Part shown: positions 1 through 10,562 of the stretch, one piece after another
Layout: the number at the start of each line of letters is the position of its first letter
Numbering within the stretch: position 1 is the stretch's first letter
Assembly: GCA_963674825.1 (NCBI GenBank)
Contig: OY771587.1
Span: forward strand, 3,200,001-3,264,000
DNA from: Candidatus Cloacimonadales bacterium
GTDB taxonomy: Bacteria > Cloacimonadota > Cloacimonadia > Cloacimonadales > JAIOQZ01
Length of the DNA: 64,000 nt
Reading direction: 5' to 3'
Notes under the pieces: model-generated
Database searches by the model: none
What the model saw: the letters and a program-made list of their open reading frames with translations, nothing else
What the model was told of the DNA's origin: nothing
Position numbers and translations under genes: made by a program

Positions 1-2
1 GG

Positions 3-551
3 CTGAACGAGGTGTTTGGCAACGATCATCCAATTCATGTGGAGATCGGGAGCGGACGCGGTGAATTCATCGCCGAGATGGCGCGAATGCTGCCCAATGT
101 GAACTTCCTTGGCTTCGAACTGAAGTGGAAGCGCTTCCCTCCGATCTTGAAGCGGCTGGACGAGACGATTCACACGAATGTGCGTCTGGCGGCGGAGTAC
201 GTCGATAAAACCATTGGCGAGAAGATCGAACCCGGATCGGTGGATAAGGTGTATATAATTCATCCAGACCCATGGCCCAAACGCCGGCATCATAAACATC
301 GTATAATCCAGCAGGCGTTCCTGGACGCTCTCTATACCCTCCTGAAACCAGGAGGGGAGGTCTATATCAGCACGGATCACCGTGATTACGCCCAGTGGAT
401 CAAGAATGAATTCGCTAAACGTGAAGATTTTACTGTCGTCGAGGATTTCGATAAACCGCCTGTAGTGACGCATTTTGAAGACATGAAGCGTCGCGAGGGC
501 TTCGAGCCGATCCCGATGACCTACCGGAAGAGGGAGGTACCCCATGATTGA
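3..551 (+). CDS. trmB: tRNA (guanine-N7)-methyltransferase, 5'-truncated by window edge
   Basis: VEIGSGRG SAM-binding motif, HPDPWPKRRHHKHR motif and STD motif; frame is open back to position 3. Confidence 0.93.
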   Translation: MNEVFGNDHPIHVEIGSGRGEFIAEMARMLPNVNFLGFELKWKRFPPILKRLDETIHTNVRLAAEYVDKTIGEKIEPGSVDKVYIIHPDPWPKRRHHKHRIIQQAFLDALYTLLKPGGEVYISTDHRDYAQWIKNEFAKREDFTVVEDFDKPPVVTHFEDMKRREGFEPIPMTYRKREVPHD

Positions 552-1704
552 CCGGAAACAACTGAGCGAAATATACAAAGATATTGCTGATCATATCGAT
601 AAAGATTTGGTTCCCTGGGCCACAAAGAATGCCGATGCGTGGCGTCTTAAGGATGAAAATAAACAGCACCTCCGTTCCGCGTTTGCAATGGATCGTGACC
701 GTATCCTGTATAGTGGTGCGTATCGAAGATATCAGGGAAAGACGCAGGTTTTCTCCTTCACCAATCTTATTGACGAGGAGATGACCAATCGCTCCATCCA
801 CACGACGTACGTGTCGCAGATATCTCGTACTATTGGCAAGGTTTTACGTCTCAATCTGGAGCTCATCGAAGCGATCGCTTTGGGACACGACCTCGGACAT
901 ACGCCGTTCGGTCACGATGGCGAAGTCGCACTGAGCAAGTGCTGCCGTAAGTATGGTATTGGCATGTTTCATCACAATATCGAGAGTCTGCACATCGTCG
1001 ATAACATCTCCCGTAAGGGCGCTGGCCTGAACCTGACATTCCAGGTTCGCGACGGCATTATATCCCATGATGGCGAGGTGCATAATACAAAACTGGTGCC
1101 GCAAAAGGACAAAACCGAAGCGGATATTCAGGATTATATCCAGAAGAAGAAAAATGGCCAGGGCGTCCAGTGGATGCCTGCGACAATGGAAGGCTGCGTG
1201 GTTCGGGTTGTCGATACTATCGCGTATATCGGGCAGGATATCGAAGACGCGATCCGGTACAACATCCTCTCTCGCGACCAGCTTCCACAGGAATGCGTTG
1301 CAGTGTTGGGCAGTCGCAACAGCCATATCATCGACAGGCTGGTGAAAAGCGTCGTTGCCGAGAGCCATGGAAAGGACTTCATCGCCTTTGACGAGGAGAC
1401 ATCCCACTACCTCAAGGTGCTCAAGGAATTCAACTACAAATACATCTATACAGCCGAGAATGTGAAAACAGCAAACAAAGCAATCCATCGCAGCATGGAG
1501 CTGCTCTTCGATATCTACATGGAAGATATCGAGACGAATCGAAAGGATTCGCGCATTTTCACGCACTTCCTAGACCACAAGCTTCCCCAGTATCTGGATA
1601 CATTCCAACCGGCGGAATGGGTGCGTGACTTCCTCGCCACCATGACCGACCGCTACTTCAACGAGCAGGTTAAAGAACGCCTGCTGCCAGGAAGATACTT
1701 ATAA
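544..1704 (+). CDS. HD-domain dGTP triphosphohydrolase-like protein
   Basis: RSAFAMDRDRIL, KTQVF, GHDLGHTPFGHDGE and D.IAY..QDIEDA motifs of the Dgt family; GGAGG RBS at 533-537. Confidence 0.85.
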   Translation: MIDRKQLSEIYKDIADHIDKDLVPWATKNADAWRLKDENKQHLRSAFAMDRDRILYSGAYRRYQGKTQVFSFTNLIDEEMTNRSIHTTYVSQISRTIGKVLRLNLELIEAIALGHDLGHTPFGHDGEVALSKCCRKYGIGMFHHNIESLHIVDNISRKGAGLNLTFQVRDGIISHDGEVHNTKLVPQKDKTEADIQDYIQKKKNGQGVQWMPATMEGCVVRVVDTIAYIGQDIEDAIRYNILSRDQLPQECVAVLGSRNSHIIDRLVKSVVAESHGKDFIAFDEETSHYLKVLKEFNYKYIYTAENVKTANKAIHRSMELLFDIYMEDIETNRKDSRIFTHFLDHKLPQYLDTFQPAEWVRDFLATMTDRYFNEQVKERLLPGRYL

Positions 1705-1716
1705 TCAGGAGATAGA

Positions 1717-2839
1717 ATGGAACTCAACGAACTTCAAAGACTCGCCGATCAGGCATTGGATAAAATCGACGAAATCAGGGGGTATCTTTGACCTGGATTC
1801 CATCCGGTCACAGCTCGAAACCTTAGAGAAAAAATCGCAGGAACCCGGCTTCTGGAACGACCAGAACGAAGCGCAGAAGATTACACGTAAAATGAGTGGT
1901 CTGCGCACGCATATCGATAACGACGACAAGCTCCAGGAGATGTCCGACGAGATTCGTACATATATTGAACTGCTTGCAGATGAGGATAATGAACCCCTGT
2001 TCAAGGAAGCGATGGCCGAGATTGAAGACTATATGCAACAACTTGACGGAATCGAGGTGAAATTCCTGCTCAACGGCAAGCACGATAACGACGATGCCAT
2101 CCTCACTATCCACCCCGGTGCCGGCGGTACCGAGTCACAGGACTGGGCAGAAATGCTGTTGCGTATGTACAAGCGCTGGGCGGATCGTGAAGGCTTCAGC
2201 ACGACAGAGTTCGATCTTCAGCCCGGTGACGAAGCCGGAATTAAAAGCGCTACGCTTGAGATAAGCGGCGAATTTGTCTTCGGCCTTCTGAAAGCAGAGA
2301 TCGGTATCCACCGTCTGGTGCGTATCTCACCGTTTAACGCACAGGGGAAACGCCAGACCTCGTTTGCGTCGGTGTTTGTTTATCCGCTTATCGAAGCGGA
2401 TGACAGCATCGAGATCAATCCCAAGGATTTGAAAATCGATACTTATCGAGCCAGCGGAGCGGGTGGACAGCATGTCAATACCACAGATTCAGCCGTGCGT
2501 ATTACACATATTCCAACCGGCATCATCGTACAGTGTCAGAACGAGCGGTCTCAGATCAAGAACCGCGCTACGGCTATGAAGATGCTCAATTCACGTCTGA
2601 TCCAGCAACAGGAAGAGGAAAAGGAAAAAGAGAAACAGAAGCTGGAAAACGAGAAGACTGAAATTGGCTGGGGAAACCAGATCCGATCCTACGTTTTCCA
2701 TCCCTACCAGATGGTAAAGGACCACCGCACGAGTCACGAGAGCGGGAACACAAGCAACGTAATGGATGGTGATCTGAATGGTTTTATCTATGCGTGGCTG
2801 AAAGACAGTGCACGTAAGAAAGCGAAAAGGGCTAACTAA
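1717..2839 (+). CDS. prfB: Peptide chain release factor 2, made by +1 programmed frameshift (about 373 aa)
   Basis: ATG 1717 after AGGAGA; 24 codons then CTT TGA C (1786-1792); the +1 frame continues into the 1892-2839 ORF, which has SPF and GGQ motifs. Confidence 0.97.
1777..1792 (+). promoter_or_regulatory. RF2 programmed +1 frameshift site
   Basis: AGGGGG-TAT-CTT-TGA-C: internal Shine-Dalgarno followed by the canonical slippery site. Confidence 0.96.
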
Positions 2840-2841
2840 TT

Positions 2842-3573
2842 ATGACCGAATTCGAAACTCTGAAACAGCAGCTCGACCCAGAGAAGATGCCTTTGCATGT
2901 TGGCATCATCATGGACGGCAACGGACGATGGGCAAAGAAGCACCTGGTACAGCGTCTTTCAGGGCATCTCAAAGGCCGGGAAGTGGTGCGCGATATTGTC
3001 ATTGCCTCCGATGAAATCGGCCTCAAGTGTCTCACCATTTATGCCTTTTCTACCGAGAACTGGCGTCGATCAGCACTTGAAGTGAAAGGCCTCCTGAAGC
3101 TCAACATGGAGTCGATCAAGTCAAACATTGATGAACTTCACGATAACAACATCCAGGTTCGCTATCTCGGTAGCAAGACCCGGCTCGATCCCGAGTATCA
3201 GCAGAAGATGAATGATGTCTGCAAAAAAACCTGGAACAATACCGGCCTCATGTTCAACATCGCGTTTAACTACGGAGGAAGGCAGGAAATTGTTGAAGCG
3301 GTTAACGAGATTGTTGAAAACAACCGCGGCGAAATACCTACCATTACAGAAGAGATGATCAGCGATCACCTCTATTCGCGAGGATTGCCCGATCCCGACT
3401 TGATCATTCGCACAAGCGGTGAACTTCGTCTATCGAACTTCCTTCTCTGGCAAAGCGCATATTCGGAACTGTTTTTTACAAACACACTGTGGCCCGATTT
3501 CAACCGGGTAGAATTCGCAAAAGCCCTTCTCGATTTCCAAAAACGCAACCGAAAATTTGGAGCCGTGAAATAA
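2842..3573 (+). CDS. uppS: Isoprenyl transferase (undecaprenyl diphosphate synthase)
   Basis: IMDGNGRWA, YAFSTENW and IRTSGELRLSNFLLWQ motifs. Confidence 0.96.
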   Translation: MTEFETLKQQLDPEKMPLHVGIIMDGNGRWAKKHLVQRLSGHLKGREVVRDIVIASDEIGLKCLTIYAFSTENWRRSALEVKGLLKLNMESIKSNIDELHDNNIQVRYLGSKTRLDPEYQQKMNDVCKKTWNNTGLMFNIAFNYGGRQEIVEAVNEIVENNRGEIPTITEEMISDHLYSRGLPDPDLIIRTSGELRLSNFLLWQSAYSELFFTNTLWPDFNRVEFAKALLDFQKRNRKFGAVK

Positions 3574-4379
3574 TGGAACTCTTCTGGCGCCTTCTTCTCG
3601 CCTTTATCTTCATGCCGATGATTCTCTTGATTTATTACTACGGTGGCATCCCGATGATCGTCGCACTTTCGCTTCTGAATCTGACTGCGACCTACGAGCT
3701 TCGGAAGATTTTTATCGCAAAAGGTGTGCAAATCTCGCCCGTTATCATTCCCTTCAATTTCCTGGTGTTTCTATCAGGGGCTTGGGGTGGAACGCCCACC
3801 ATTGTAGCTTCCATGATGATTGTCTATTTCATCTTCACCGGAAACGACCTCCTCAAGAACAGGCTGGATGGCGCTTTACAACGTATCTCAGCGCGCTTCT
3901 TCATCATGGTCTACGCCGGGCTTTTCGTGTCCGCGTTCTACAGTCTTCGCTTGATGCCGCATGGGAAGTTTATCGTTGTGTTACTACTTGTAGCAACCTG
4001 GGTTACCGATTCATCCGCATATTTTGCCGGAAGATGGTTCGGGAAGCACCGCGAGATTTTCCTTGCGAGTCCGAAGAAATCGCTCGAAGGATTCTTGACA
4101 GCGATCGTGTTTGCTTTTGCCGCACCGATCGGAGCGAAGCTGCTTTTCCCAACATGGGTATCCTGGATCGAAGCAATCCTGATTGGATTCGCGACCGGTG
4201 TTTTCGGTCAGTTCGGCGATCTTGTCGAATCGCTCATCAAGCGAGATGCCGGCGTCAAAGACAGCTCTCATCTAATTCCGGGTCACGGCGGTATCCTGGA
4301 TCGCTTCGACAGCTTACTCGCCTCAGCGCCGGTACTGTATGTAATAATTCGATTGTTGTACCTTTTCAAAATACAATAA
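3573..4379 (+). CDS. cdsA: Phosphatidate cytidylyltransferase
   Basis: SPKKSLEG and GDLVESLIKR..GVKDS..LIPGHGGILDRFDS motifs; ATG overlaps the uppS stop (TAATG). Confidence 0.95.
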   Translation: MELFWRLLLAFIFMPMILLIYYYGGIPMIVALSLLNLTATYELRKIFIAKGVQISPVIIPFNFLVFLSGAWGGTPTIVASMMIVYFIFTGNDLLKNRLDGALQRISARFFIMVYAGLFVSAFYSLRLMPHGKFIVVLLLVATWVTDSSAYFAGRWFGKHREIFLASPKKSLEGFLTAIVFAFAAPIGAKLLFPTWVSWIEAILIGFATGVFGQFGDLVESLIKRDAGVKDSSHLIPGHGGILDRFDSLLASAPVLYVIIRLLYLFKIQ

Positions 4380-4512
4380 CCGTGTAAACGTTATCGAAAT
4401 TAATCTCTCTTTCGCAAATTAATCATCCTATCGCAGCGTCGCAGGAACAAATATTGCACGTCTATTAATACTTGATGTATTAAACCTTTCCAACATCCAC
4501 ATGGAGGTAACG

Positions 4513-7350
4513 ATGCGACCTGGAATTATTGTGCTTGTACTTGTTTTGATGGTAACTGCTCTTGTGGCTGAAGGCGATTTCCTCTGGCAGGAAGGCGGAC
4601 TTCCGATTGTAATCAGCCAGGATGTGCGCTGGAACGGGAGTTCTGTAGAAACTCCTGACTGTGGTACAATCATAATATGGACCGAATTGCTGTCTGATAA
4701 TTATAATTTGTATGGAATGCGATTAGACGCTGAGAGCCAGATGATCTGGGATGAACCGCGTCTCTTAGTTGATGATGCCTTACCTGTTTTCGATGAGAAA
4801 ATCACTCTGGCTCCGGATGGGAGCATCTACATATCCTGGTTCGAACTTAGTGCGGGAACGATGAAAGTGAATCGATTCGATCTGGAGGGTAATCCGCAAT
4901 GGACTTCACCATTCAGTCAGGATTGCTATACGGGCTACTACTATGATGATAAATACAACTGTGGCATGATTCCAGTCATTGAAGGTGGCGTTTATGTCTT
5001 CTGGAAATCCGACAGTTCGAGCTATGCCATGCGCCTATCTGCAACTGGAGCACAGATTTGGGATGAGCCATTAGCCCTTTTCGACGAAATCTCCGAGTAT
5101 ACCTGGATCAAATGTGTTGTTTCTGATGGTCAGGATGGTTTTCTTGTAGCCAGCGACATATCCCAGGAAGATGAAGATGTAGTGGTAATCCAACATGTGC
5201 TTGATTATGGAGTGATTGACTGGAGCCTCAGTTTACCGGAGACTGAGATTCTCAAGCTGATTCAATCCGGCGATAATGAGTTTGCGGCGTTTAGTGTAGA
5301 AAATGGCGATCAGGATCAGTTCTGTCTGTATCGATTTAATCTGGGTGGCGAATTGATAGATGACGAACCTCTGACGATGGGTTGCTGTGATTACGCTCAT
5401 TCAATCGATATCTCGATAGACACTGAGGGAAACCTGTATCCTGGTTGGTCTTACTATGTCGACCAGACTGGGAGTATGTCTGTAGCGAAAGTTACCCCAG
5501 ACAACCAGATACTATGGCAGAACGATATGGATAACGATTCCAATTACAATTATGACAATATGCACGTAGATGTTGATGCTGCCGGGAATGTCTATCAGGC
5601 ATGGCAGGATAACACGATTAATGGCATCAGAGTATTGAAACTTAATCCCGATGGTGGATTGCACTGGAATAAACTGTTAGCTAGCGATGTGAATACCTAT
5701 AGTGGATACGTCAATATGGTTATGGACGCCCGGGAAGAAGGTGTTTGTTTTCTATGGTGCGATGCCAGTAATGAACATGAATCTATATTCAGGCAGATAT
5801 ATAGTGAAGGAGCTCTTCCCCAATTCGATGAGGAAAGCAGCGTGATTCATCAGGGATGGACAAACGATATCTACAACCTGTCCTATGCAGTGAGAGATGA
5901 ACCCCAGGATGAATTGTTCTTCTCTTGGTGGAATTATACCAACAAATCAATGTATGTTCAGTCGCTAAACATGGATGGTGAGCTTGGCCTGGAGCCACCA
6001 GGCATACAAATGGCAATCGGAATGCTATATGGAAACGAATGCCTGGCAATATTACCCTATGGTGATCTGTATTACATCGTGTGGGAATCAAGAGTAAATC
6101 ATTCGCATGGTCTCTATTGCAATCTTATTGATGCACAGGGAAACCGTCAATGGGCAGAAGATCTCCTGATATTAAGTCCATTTGTTTTCGATCTTACTGT
6201 CTCCTTGTATCAGGACCAATTACTGATTTATTGGCAACAGTTTGGATATGCCTGGCGGATGGAAATGGTAGCTCAACGCGTTATCAATGGGGAGCTTGCA
6301 TGGGAAGAGCCTGTTGTGATCGACGAGAATGTCAGCTACATTTGCTGCGCAAAGGATGACTATGTAGTCTGGACGGACAGCAGAAACCGTCTTAATGCTC
6401 TGCGTCTCGATGAGAGTGGTGAACCGTGCGAAGGTTGGGGCGATGAAGGTGTTAATCCTGGAGAGGATCATTCGGCATTTACATGCTTTCTGGAAAAAAT
6501 GGACGATGGCATTGCGATAGTGTGGCGCGAATCAAGTAACGGCACACTATTGGTGAGAATGCAAATCCTTCACGAAGACGGCACACTCGAATTCGATGAA
6601 TGCCCTGTACTCGCGCAGAGCTCGTATTTGTCAATTGAAGATGTCGCGATCAATAACAGCACTGTGTTTGCTACCATCGTCTCTAATGGAGCAATGTCGA
6701 TGGTTGCCTGCGATTTAGCAGGAAACACCCTTTGGGACGAGCCAGTCGTGATCGATCCCGCTATGTACAATTCAGGAAACATGGCTTCGACGCCGGACGG
6801 TATCCTTGTGACATATTCAAAGTATGTAGAGGAAGATTATCACTACGATCTCTATTTACAGCATGTCGATTTCGATGGAAACATGTGGAGCGAACCAAAG
6901 ATGGTTTGCGGACATCGTGGCTATCGGTATGAAGGGAAGATCGTTGCTGCACCCGATAACAAGTACTTCATCACTTGGCTGGATACACGGGATATGCTCG
7001 AGAAGTATTTCCTTTATTCTCAGCTCTACCAATACGAGCCGGTAGCCATCGACGATCGGACCGCTATCCCCGCGTGGGATCCGAACCTGACAACCTACCC
7101 TAACCCGTTTAACCCTGAAACGACGGTGCAATTCTCGTTGCAGAAGGACACGAAAGTAGCGCTGAAGGTTTATAACGTGAAGGGGCAGTTGGTCAGAACG
7201 CTTTGCGATGAAGTGCTGCCATTAGGTGAGCATCAAATCGAGTGGGATGGACGGGATAACATTGACAAGAATGTATCCAGCGGAGTCTATCTGATCAATC
7301 TGAACGTCAACGGCAGGGTTTATCGTAGCAAGGCTTTACTACTGAAATAA
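4513..7350 (+). CDS. Secreted acidic beta-repeat protein with FlgD-Ig/T9SS-type CTD (paralog 1)
   Basis: GGAGG RBS 4503-4507 favours ATG 4513; hydrophobic signal peptide; recurring D..G...W and xW.D motifs; C-terminal YPNPFNPETT...LLLK. Confidence 0.85.
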   Translation: MRPGIIVLVLVLMVTALVAEGDFLWQEGGLPIVISQDVRWNGSSVETPDCGTIIIWTELLSDNYNLYGMRLDAESQMIWDEPRLLVDDALPVFDEKITLAPDGSIYISWFELSAGTMKVNRFDLEGNPQWTSPFSQDCYTGYYYDDKYNCGMIPVIEGGVYVFWKSDSSSYAMRLSATGAQIWDEPLALFDEISEYTWIKCVVSDGQDGFLVASDISQEDEDVVVIQHVLDYGVIDWSLSLPETEILKLIQSGDNEFAAFSVENGDQDQFCLYRFNLGGELIDDEPLTMGCCDYAHSIDISIDTEGNLYPGWSYYVDQTGSMSVAKVTPDNQILWQNDMDNDSNYNYDNMHVDVDAAGNVYQAWQDNTINGIRVLKLNPDGGLHWNKLLASDVNTYSGYVNMVMDAREEGVCFLWCDASNEHESIFRQIYSEGALPQFDEESSVIHQGWTNDIYNLSYAVRDEPQDELFFSWWNYTNKSMYVQSLNMDGELGLEPPGIQMAIGMLYGNECLAILPYGDLYYIVWESRVNHSHGLYCNLIDAQGNRQWAEDLLILSPFVFDLTVSLYQDQLLIYWQQFGYAWRMEMVAQRVINGELAWEEPVVIDENVSYICCAKDDYVVWTDSRNRLNALRLDESGEPCEGWGDEGVNPGEDHSAFTCFLEKMDDGIAIVWRESSNGTLLVRMQILHEDGTLEFDECPVLAQSSYLSIEDVAINNSTVFATIVSNGAMSMVACDLAGNTLWDEPVVIDPAMYNSGNMASTPDGILVTYSKYVEEDYHYDLYLQHVDFDGNMWSEPKMVCGHRGYRYEGKIVAAPDNKYFITWLDTRDMLEKYFLYSQLYQYEPVAIDDRTAIPAWDPNLTTYPNPFNPETTVQFSLQKDTKVALKVYNVKGQLVRTLCDEVLPLGEHQIEWDGRDNIDKNVSSGVYLINLNVNGRVYRSKALLLK
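7033..7350 (+). repeat. Conserved CTD-coding repeat, copy 1 (about 318 bp)
   Basis: Near-identical to 10245-10562 and 13326-13643. Confidence 0.95.
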
Positions 7351-7468
7351 TTTCGGCTTTTACGAAGTAAAAACGAAATGATCGAACGAAAGCCTTTTTC
7401 GGCTTTCACAAAGTGAAAACGAAAACATGAGCGTTGTTATTTTCGGCTTTGACGAAGTCAAAACGAAA
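7351..7468. repeat. Three 28-bp hairpin repeats TTTCGGCTTTNAC-RAA-GTN'AAAACGAAA
   Basis: Copies at 7351-7378, 7397-7424 and 7441-7468 with 18- and 16-nt spacers; a fourth copy at 10563-10590. Confidence 0.92.
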
Positions 7469-7481
7469 ACCATTTGCGCAC

Positions 7482-7553
7482 CGAATTCATGTTAGCGGAA
7501 TAATCTTCGACAATCTCCTTTCGCGAAGCGAAATAGCGAAAGTGGATAACTCG
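7482..7553. repeat. 72-bp intergenic block, copy 1
   Basis: Identical to 10616-10687; contains a TTTCGC-GAA-GCGAAA hairpin. Confidence 0.93.
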
Positions 7554-7643
7554 GGCTAATGTCGCTTAATTGACTGCGGTCCTAGCTTAGAATCTTTTAT
7601 TTAACACAGCCTCCAATACTACACGTCGAAAGGAGTTTCTTGA

Positions 7644-10562
7644 ATGCGAACATGTTTGATAACCGTGTTACTTCTCTTTATAAGTCTGTTACTGGCCACA
7701 GAAGAGCTGATCTGGCAGGAAGACGGTTTACCGGTCTATATCAATCACAATATCAAGTATGACGGTGCTTGCGTTCAGGGAGAGGATGGTGGATTTCTTG
7801 TACTTTGGACGGAATATCTAGCTGATGGCAATGGTATCCGCTGTATGCGGTTTGATGCTTCCGGCAACGAGATATGGGATTTATATCGGACCATCGCAAG
7901 CGATGAAGCCCCGTTCTATGCACTCCGCATGATACGATCGTGCGACGGAAACCTTTTCGTGTTCTGGTATTGCTGTGAGGAGGATGGAGATTTCCGCGGT
8001 ATGGTGACGAAGCTTGACTGGGATGCAACACCACTGTGGGAGCAACCGGTGAACGCCACCGGCTCGGTCGAATCCAAGATGCCCGTTTTTAAACTCGTCA
8101 CCGATAATAATGGTGGTGTTTATGTCCTCTGGATGTCGAATTACAATACATACTACTATACACTGTCCGTGAATCATGTCGATAGCAACGGCATGCTCGA
8201 TTGGGAAACTGGCGCTATCAGCCTGTTCGAGGATTACCATTATCTGGAGGATGAAATAAATGTCTGTCCCGATGGCGAGGGCGGGATCGTCGTATCGGGG
8301 ATCATTGATAACGGATTCGATTACTATGGTGCACTCTCGATTCAGCGCGTAACACCGGAAGGCGATACGCCAATGGGGGAGAACGGCTTCACCGAGCTTG
8401 GAGAAGATACCTACCGATGGAATTATTTCTCGGAAATCCTTTTAACGAGAGAAGACGAATTCGCGCTTTTCAGCACCTGGAGTGATTCATCCGGGGTCGG
8501 GTATCGACTCGACAGGCTGGATATCGACGGTGAAATCCTTTCCGAAACAAATTGTGAGTGGACTCGCACAATCACAACCAGTTGTCTGTTCACTACAGCA
8601 ATGGACAGTGAAGACAACCTAATCGTCGGTTGGGTAGATAATATCAGCAATAGACCGCGGTTTTACCTCGACAAGATATCGCCGGAGAACGAGCATCTCT
8701 GGATTCAGGATGGCGAGATCGAGAATATCGGCGATTACGGTAATGTCGAGACAATGCAGCTCGCGGTCGATGCGGACGATAACCTTTATCAGGTATGGAC
8801 TCTGGCCAATGATGATCAATCGCTTCGGCTTCAGCGATACAATAGCGGCGGCAATCCATGCTGGGACATCGACGGGCTGATTGTTGTCGATGAAGTCTCC
8901 AGTATCGGCGAAATATCCATTCTCGTCGGCGGACAATCCGGATTTCTGGTTTGGCTGGATGACCGGACCAACTTCCCGAGTATATATCGACAGTCGTTTG
9001 ACGAATACGGCAACCTTGTATGGGACGGCGATGCAGTTGTAAGCAGAGGATGGGACAGTACGGGATCGACATCGGTCTTTTCCGATCGAAAGAAGCATGG
9101 CCAGGAGTGCATATATTTCGCCTGGTACAACAGTTACGATAACTCAGTCTATCTGCAAAACGTTGATATCACTGGTGTGTACGGTGAAATGGAACCGGGC
9201 AGGAAGATTCTCGGTGATGAAACTTGCGGTTATACCATTCACGCGGTCGAGTACATCGACGGAGATGCGTTTGTGGTCTGGACGCAGTACGACGATCAGA
9301 TTACATCGACATGCGTGAACCGGTTTGATCGTCAGGGAAATCGACGATGGCACCAGGACCTGGTTGTTCTGGAATATGAAACGAACGACGAGACGGATTA
9401 CTCCAACCTGAAAGTGGGAAGATATCTGGACGATCTGATGATCGGCTGGGAGGAACAAGCTTCCTATTTTGAGAGAGTGAAGCTTCAACGGGTCTCGGAC
9501 GGACAGCTTGCCTGGGACGAGCCGGTCGCAATCGGTGAAGATACCGTACATAGTCTTTCGTTGATGGCTATAATCGATAACTACGTTGTCTGGAAGGATA
9601 ACCTCTATCGCGTGTTACGTATTACCGACGACGGATTACCATACGAGGGATGGGAGCAGGAAGGACTCCGCATCATGAATATCGACGCGAACCACAATAA
9701 CTGGCACTATTTCAACACGGAGGAAGGACTTCTCATCGTCTGGGAGATGGAAAACGAAATTACGAACACCATTCGTGTTCAACTGTTTCATCAGGACGGT
9801 TCGATTGAGTGGAACAACAGCCATGCGATTGTCGTCGATAATTACCTCTATAACATGCATGCAGCAATCAATGGTAAGGATCTCTTTGTCTCGTGGCAGA
9901 GCGGCGAAATCAATTTCGAGGCATTCAATCTAGAAGGTAACGCGCTTTGGGATTCTACCAAAGTCCTTGATCAGGACGGAAGCATCAACGATATGGAAAT
10001 TGTTGCTGGTGGTGTCCTATTCACGTATTATTACTCCGAGGGAAATTATTACAATTACGATGTCGGGATGCAATACCTATCGCCGGATGGAACCTTTTGG
10101 AGCGAACCACTGATCGTGTGCGACGCGCCTTCTCGGCAGATATATCCCGAGCTTGTCAAAGCGGTGGGGGATACTTACTTCGTGACGTGGATGGATAACC
10201 GCGATGGCACAAGCGCCTACAAACCCTACCTGCAACTCTACCAGTTTGAACCTGTATCGATCGACGCTCCCACCGACATCCCCGCGTGGAGTCCGAATCT
10301 GTCAACCTACCCCAATCCTTTCAACCCGGAAACGACGGTGCAATTCTCACTGCAGAAGGACACGAAAGTAGCGCTGAAGGTTTATAACGTGAAGGGGCAG
10401 TTGGTGAGAACACTTTGCGATGAAGTGCTGCCATTAGGCGAGCATCAAATCGAGTGGGATGGACGGGATAATGTTGATAAGAACGTCTCCAGCGGCGTCT
10501 ATCTGATCAATCTGAACGTCAATGGCAGGGATTATCGGAGCAAGGCGTTGCTGCTGAAGTAA
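7644..10562 (+). CDS. Secreted acidic beta-repeat protein with FlgD-Ig/T9SS-type CTD (paralog 2)
   Basis: AAGGAG RBS; signal peptide; colinear with paralog 1 (WQEDGLPV vs WQEGGLPI); same CTD. Confidence 0.85.
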   Translation: MRTCLITVLLLFISLLLATEELIWQEDGLPVYINHNIKYDGACVQGEDGGFLVLWTEYLADGNGIRCMRFDASGNEIWDLYRTIASDEAPFYALRMIRSCDGNLFVFWYCCEEDGDFRGMVTKLDWDATPLWEQPVNATGSVESKMPVFKLVTDNNGGVYVLWMSNYNTYYYTLSVNHVDSNGMLDWETGAISLFEDYHYLEDEINVCPDGEGGIVVSGIIDNGFDYYGALSIQRVTPEGDTPMGENGFTELGEDTYRWNYFSEILLTREDEFALFSTWSDSSGVGYRLDRLDIDGEILSETNCEWTRTITTSCLFTTAMDSEDNLIVGWVDNISNRPRFYLDKISPENEHLWIQDGEIENIGDYGNVETMQLAVDADDNLYQVWTLANDDQSLRLQRYNSGGNPCWDIDGLIVVDEVSSIGEISILVGGQSGFLVWLDDRTNFPSIYRQSFDEYGNLVWDGDAVVSRGWDSTGSTSVFSDRKKHGQECIYFAWYNSYDNSVYLQNVDITGVYGEMEPGRKILGDETCGYTIHAVEYIDGDAFVVWTQYDDQITSTCVNRFDRQGNRRWHQDLVVLEYETNDETDYSNLKVGRYLDDLMIGWEEQASYFERVKLQRVSDGQLAWDEPVAIGEDTVHSLSLMAIIDNYVVWKDNLYRVLRITDDGLPYEGWEQEGLRIMNIDANHNNWHYFNTEEGLLIVWEMENEITNTIRVQLFHQDGSIEWNNSHAIVVDNYLYNMHAAINGKDLFVSWQSGEINFEAFNLEGNALWDSTKVLDQDGSINDMEIVAGGVLFTYYYSEGNYYNYDVGMQYLSPDGTFWSEPLIVCDAPSRQIYPELVKAVGDTYFVTWMDNRDGTSAYKPYLQLYQFEPVSIDAPTDIPAWSPNLSTYPNPFNPETTVQFSLQKDTKVALKVYNVKGQLVRTLCDEVLPLGEHQIEWDGRDNVDKNVSSGVYLINLNVNGRDYRSKALLLK
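10245..10562 (+). repeat. Conserved CTD-coding repeat, copy 2
   Basis: Last 85 aa differ from copy 1 at 2 positions. Confidence 0.95.

Noticed and set aside
1717..1891. prfB as a pseudogene or sequencing frameshift
   Set aside because: The shift occurs at the canonical programmed CTT-TGA-C site with its internal SD.
7351..7468. CRISPR mini-array
   Set aside because: Spacers are only 16-18 nt, the repeats vary in a stem-compensating way, one spacer recurs at the second locus, and there are no cas genes.
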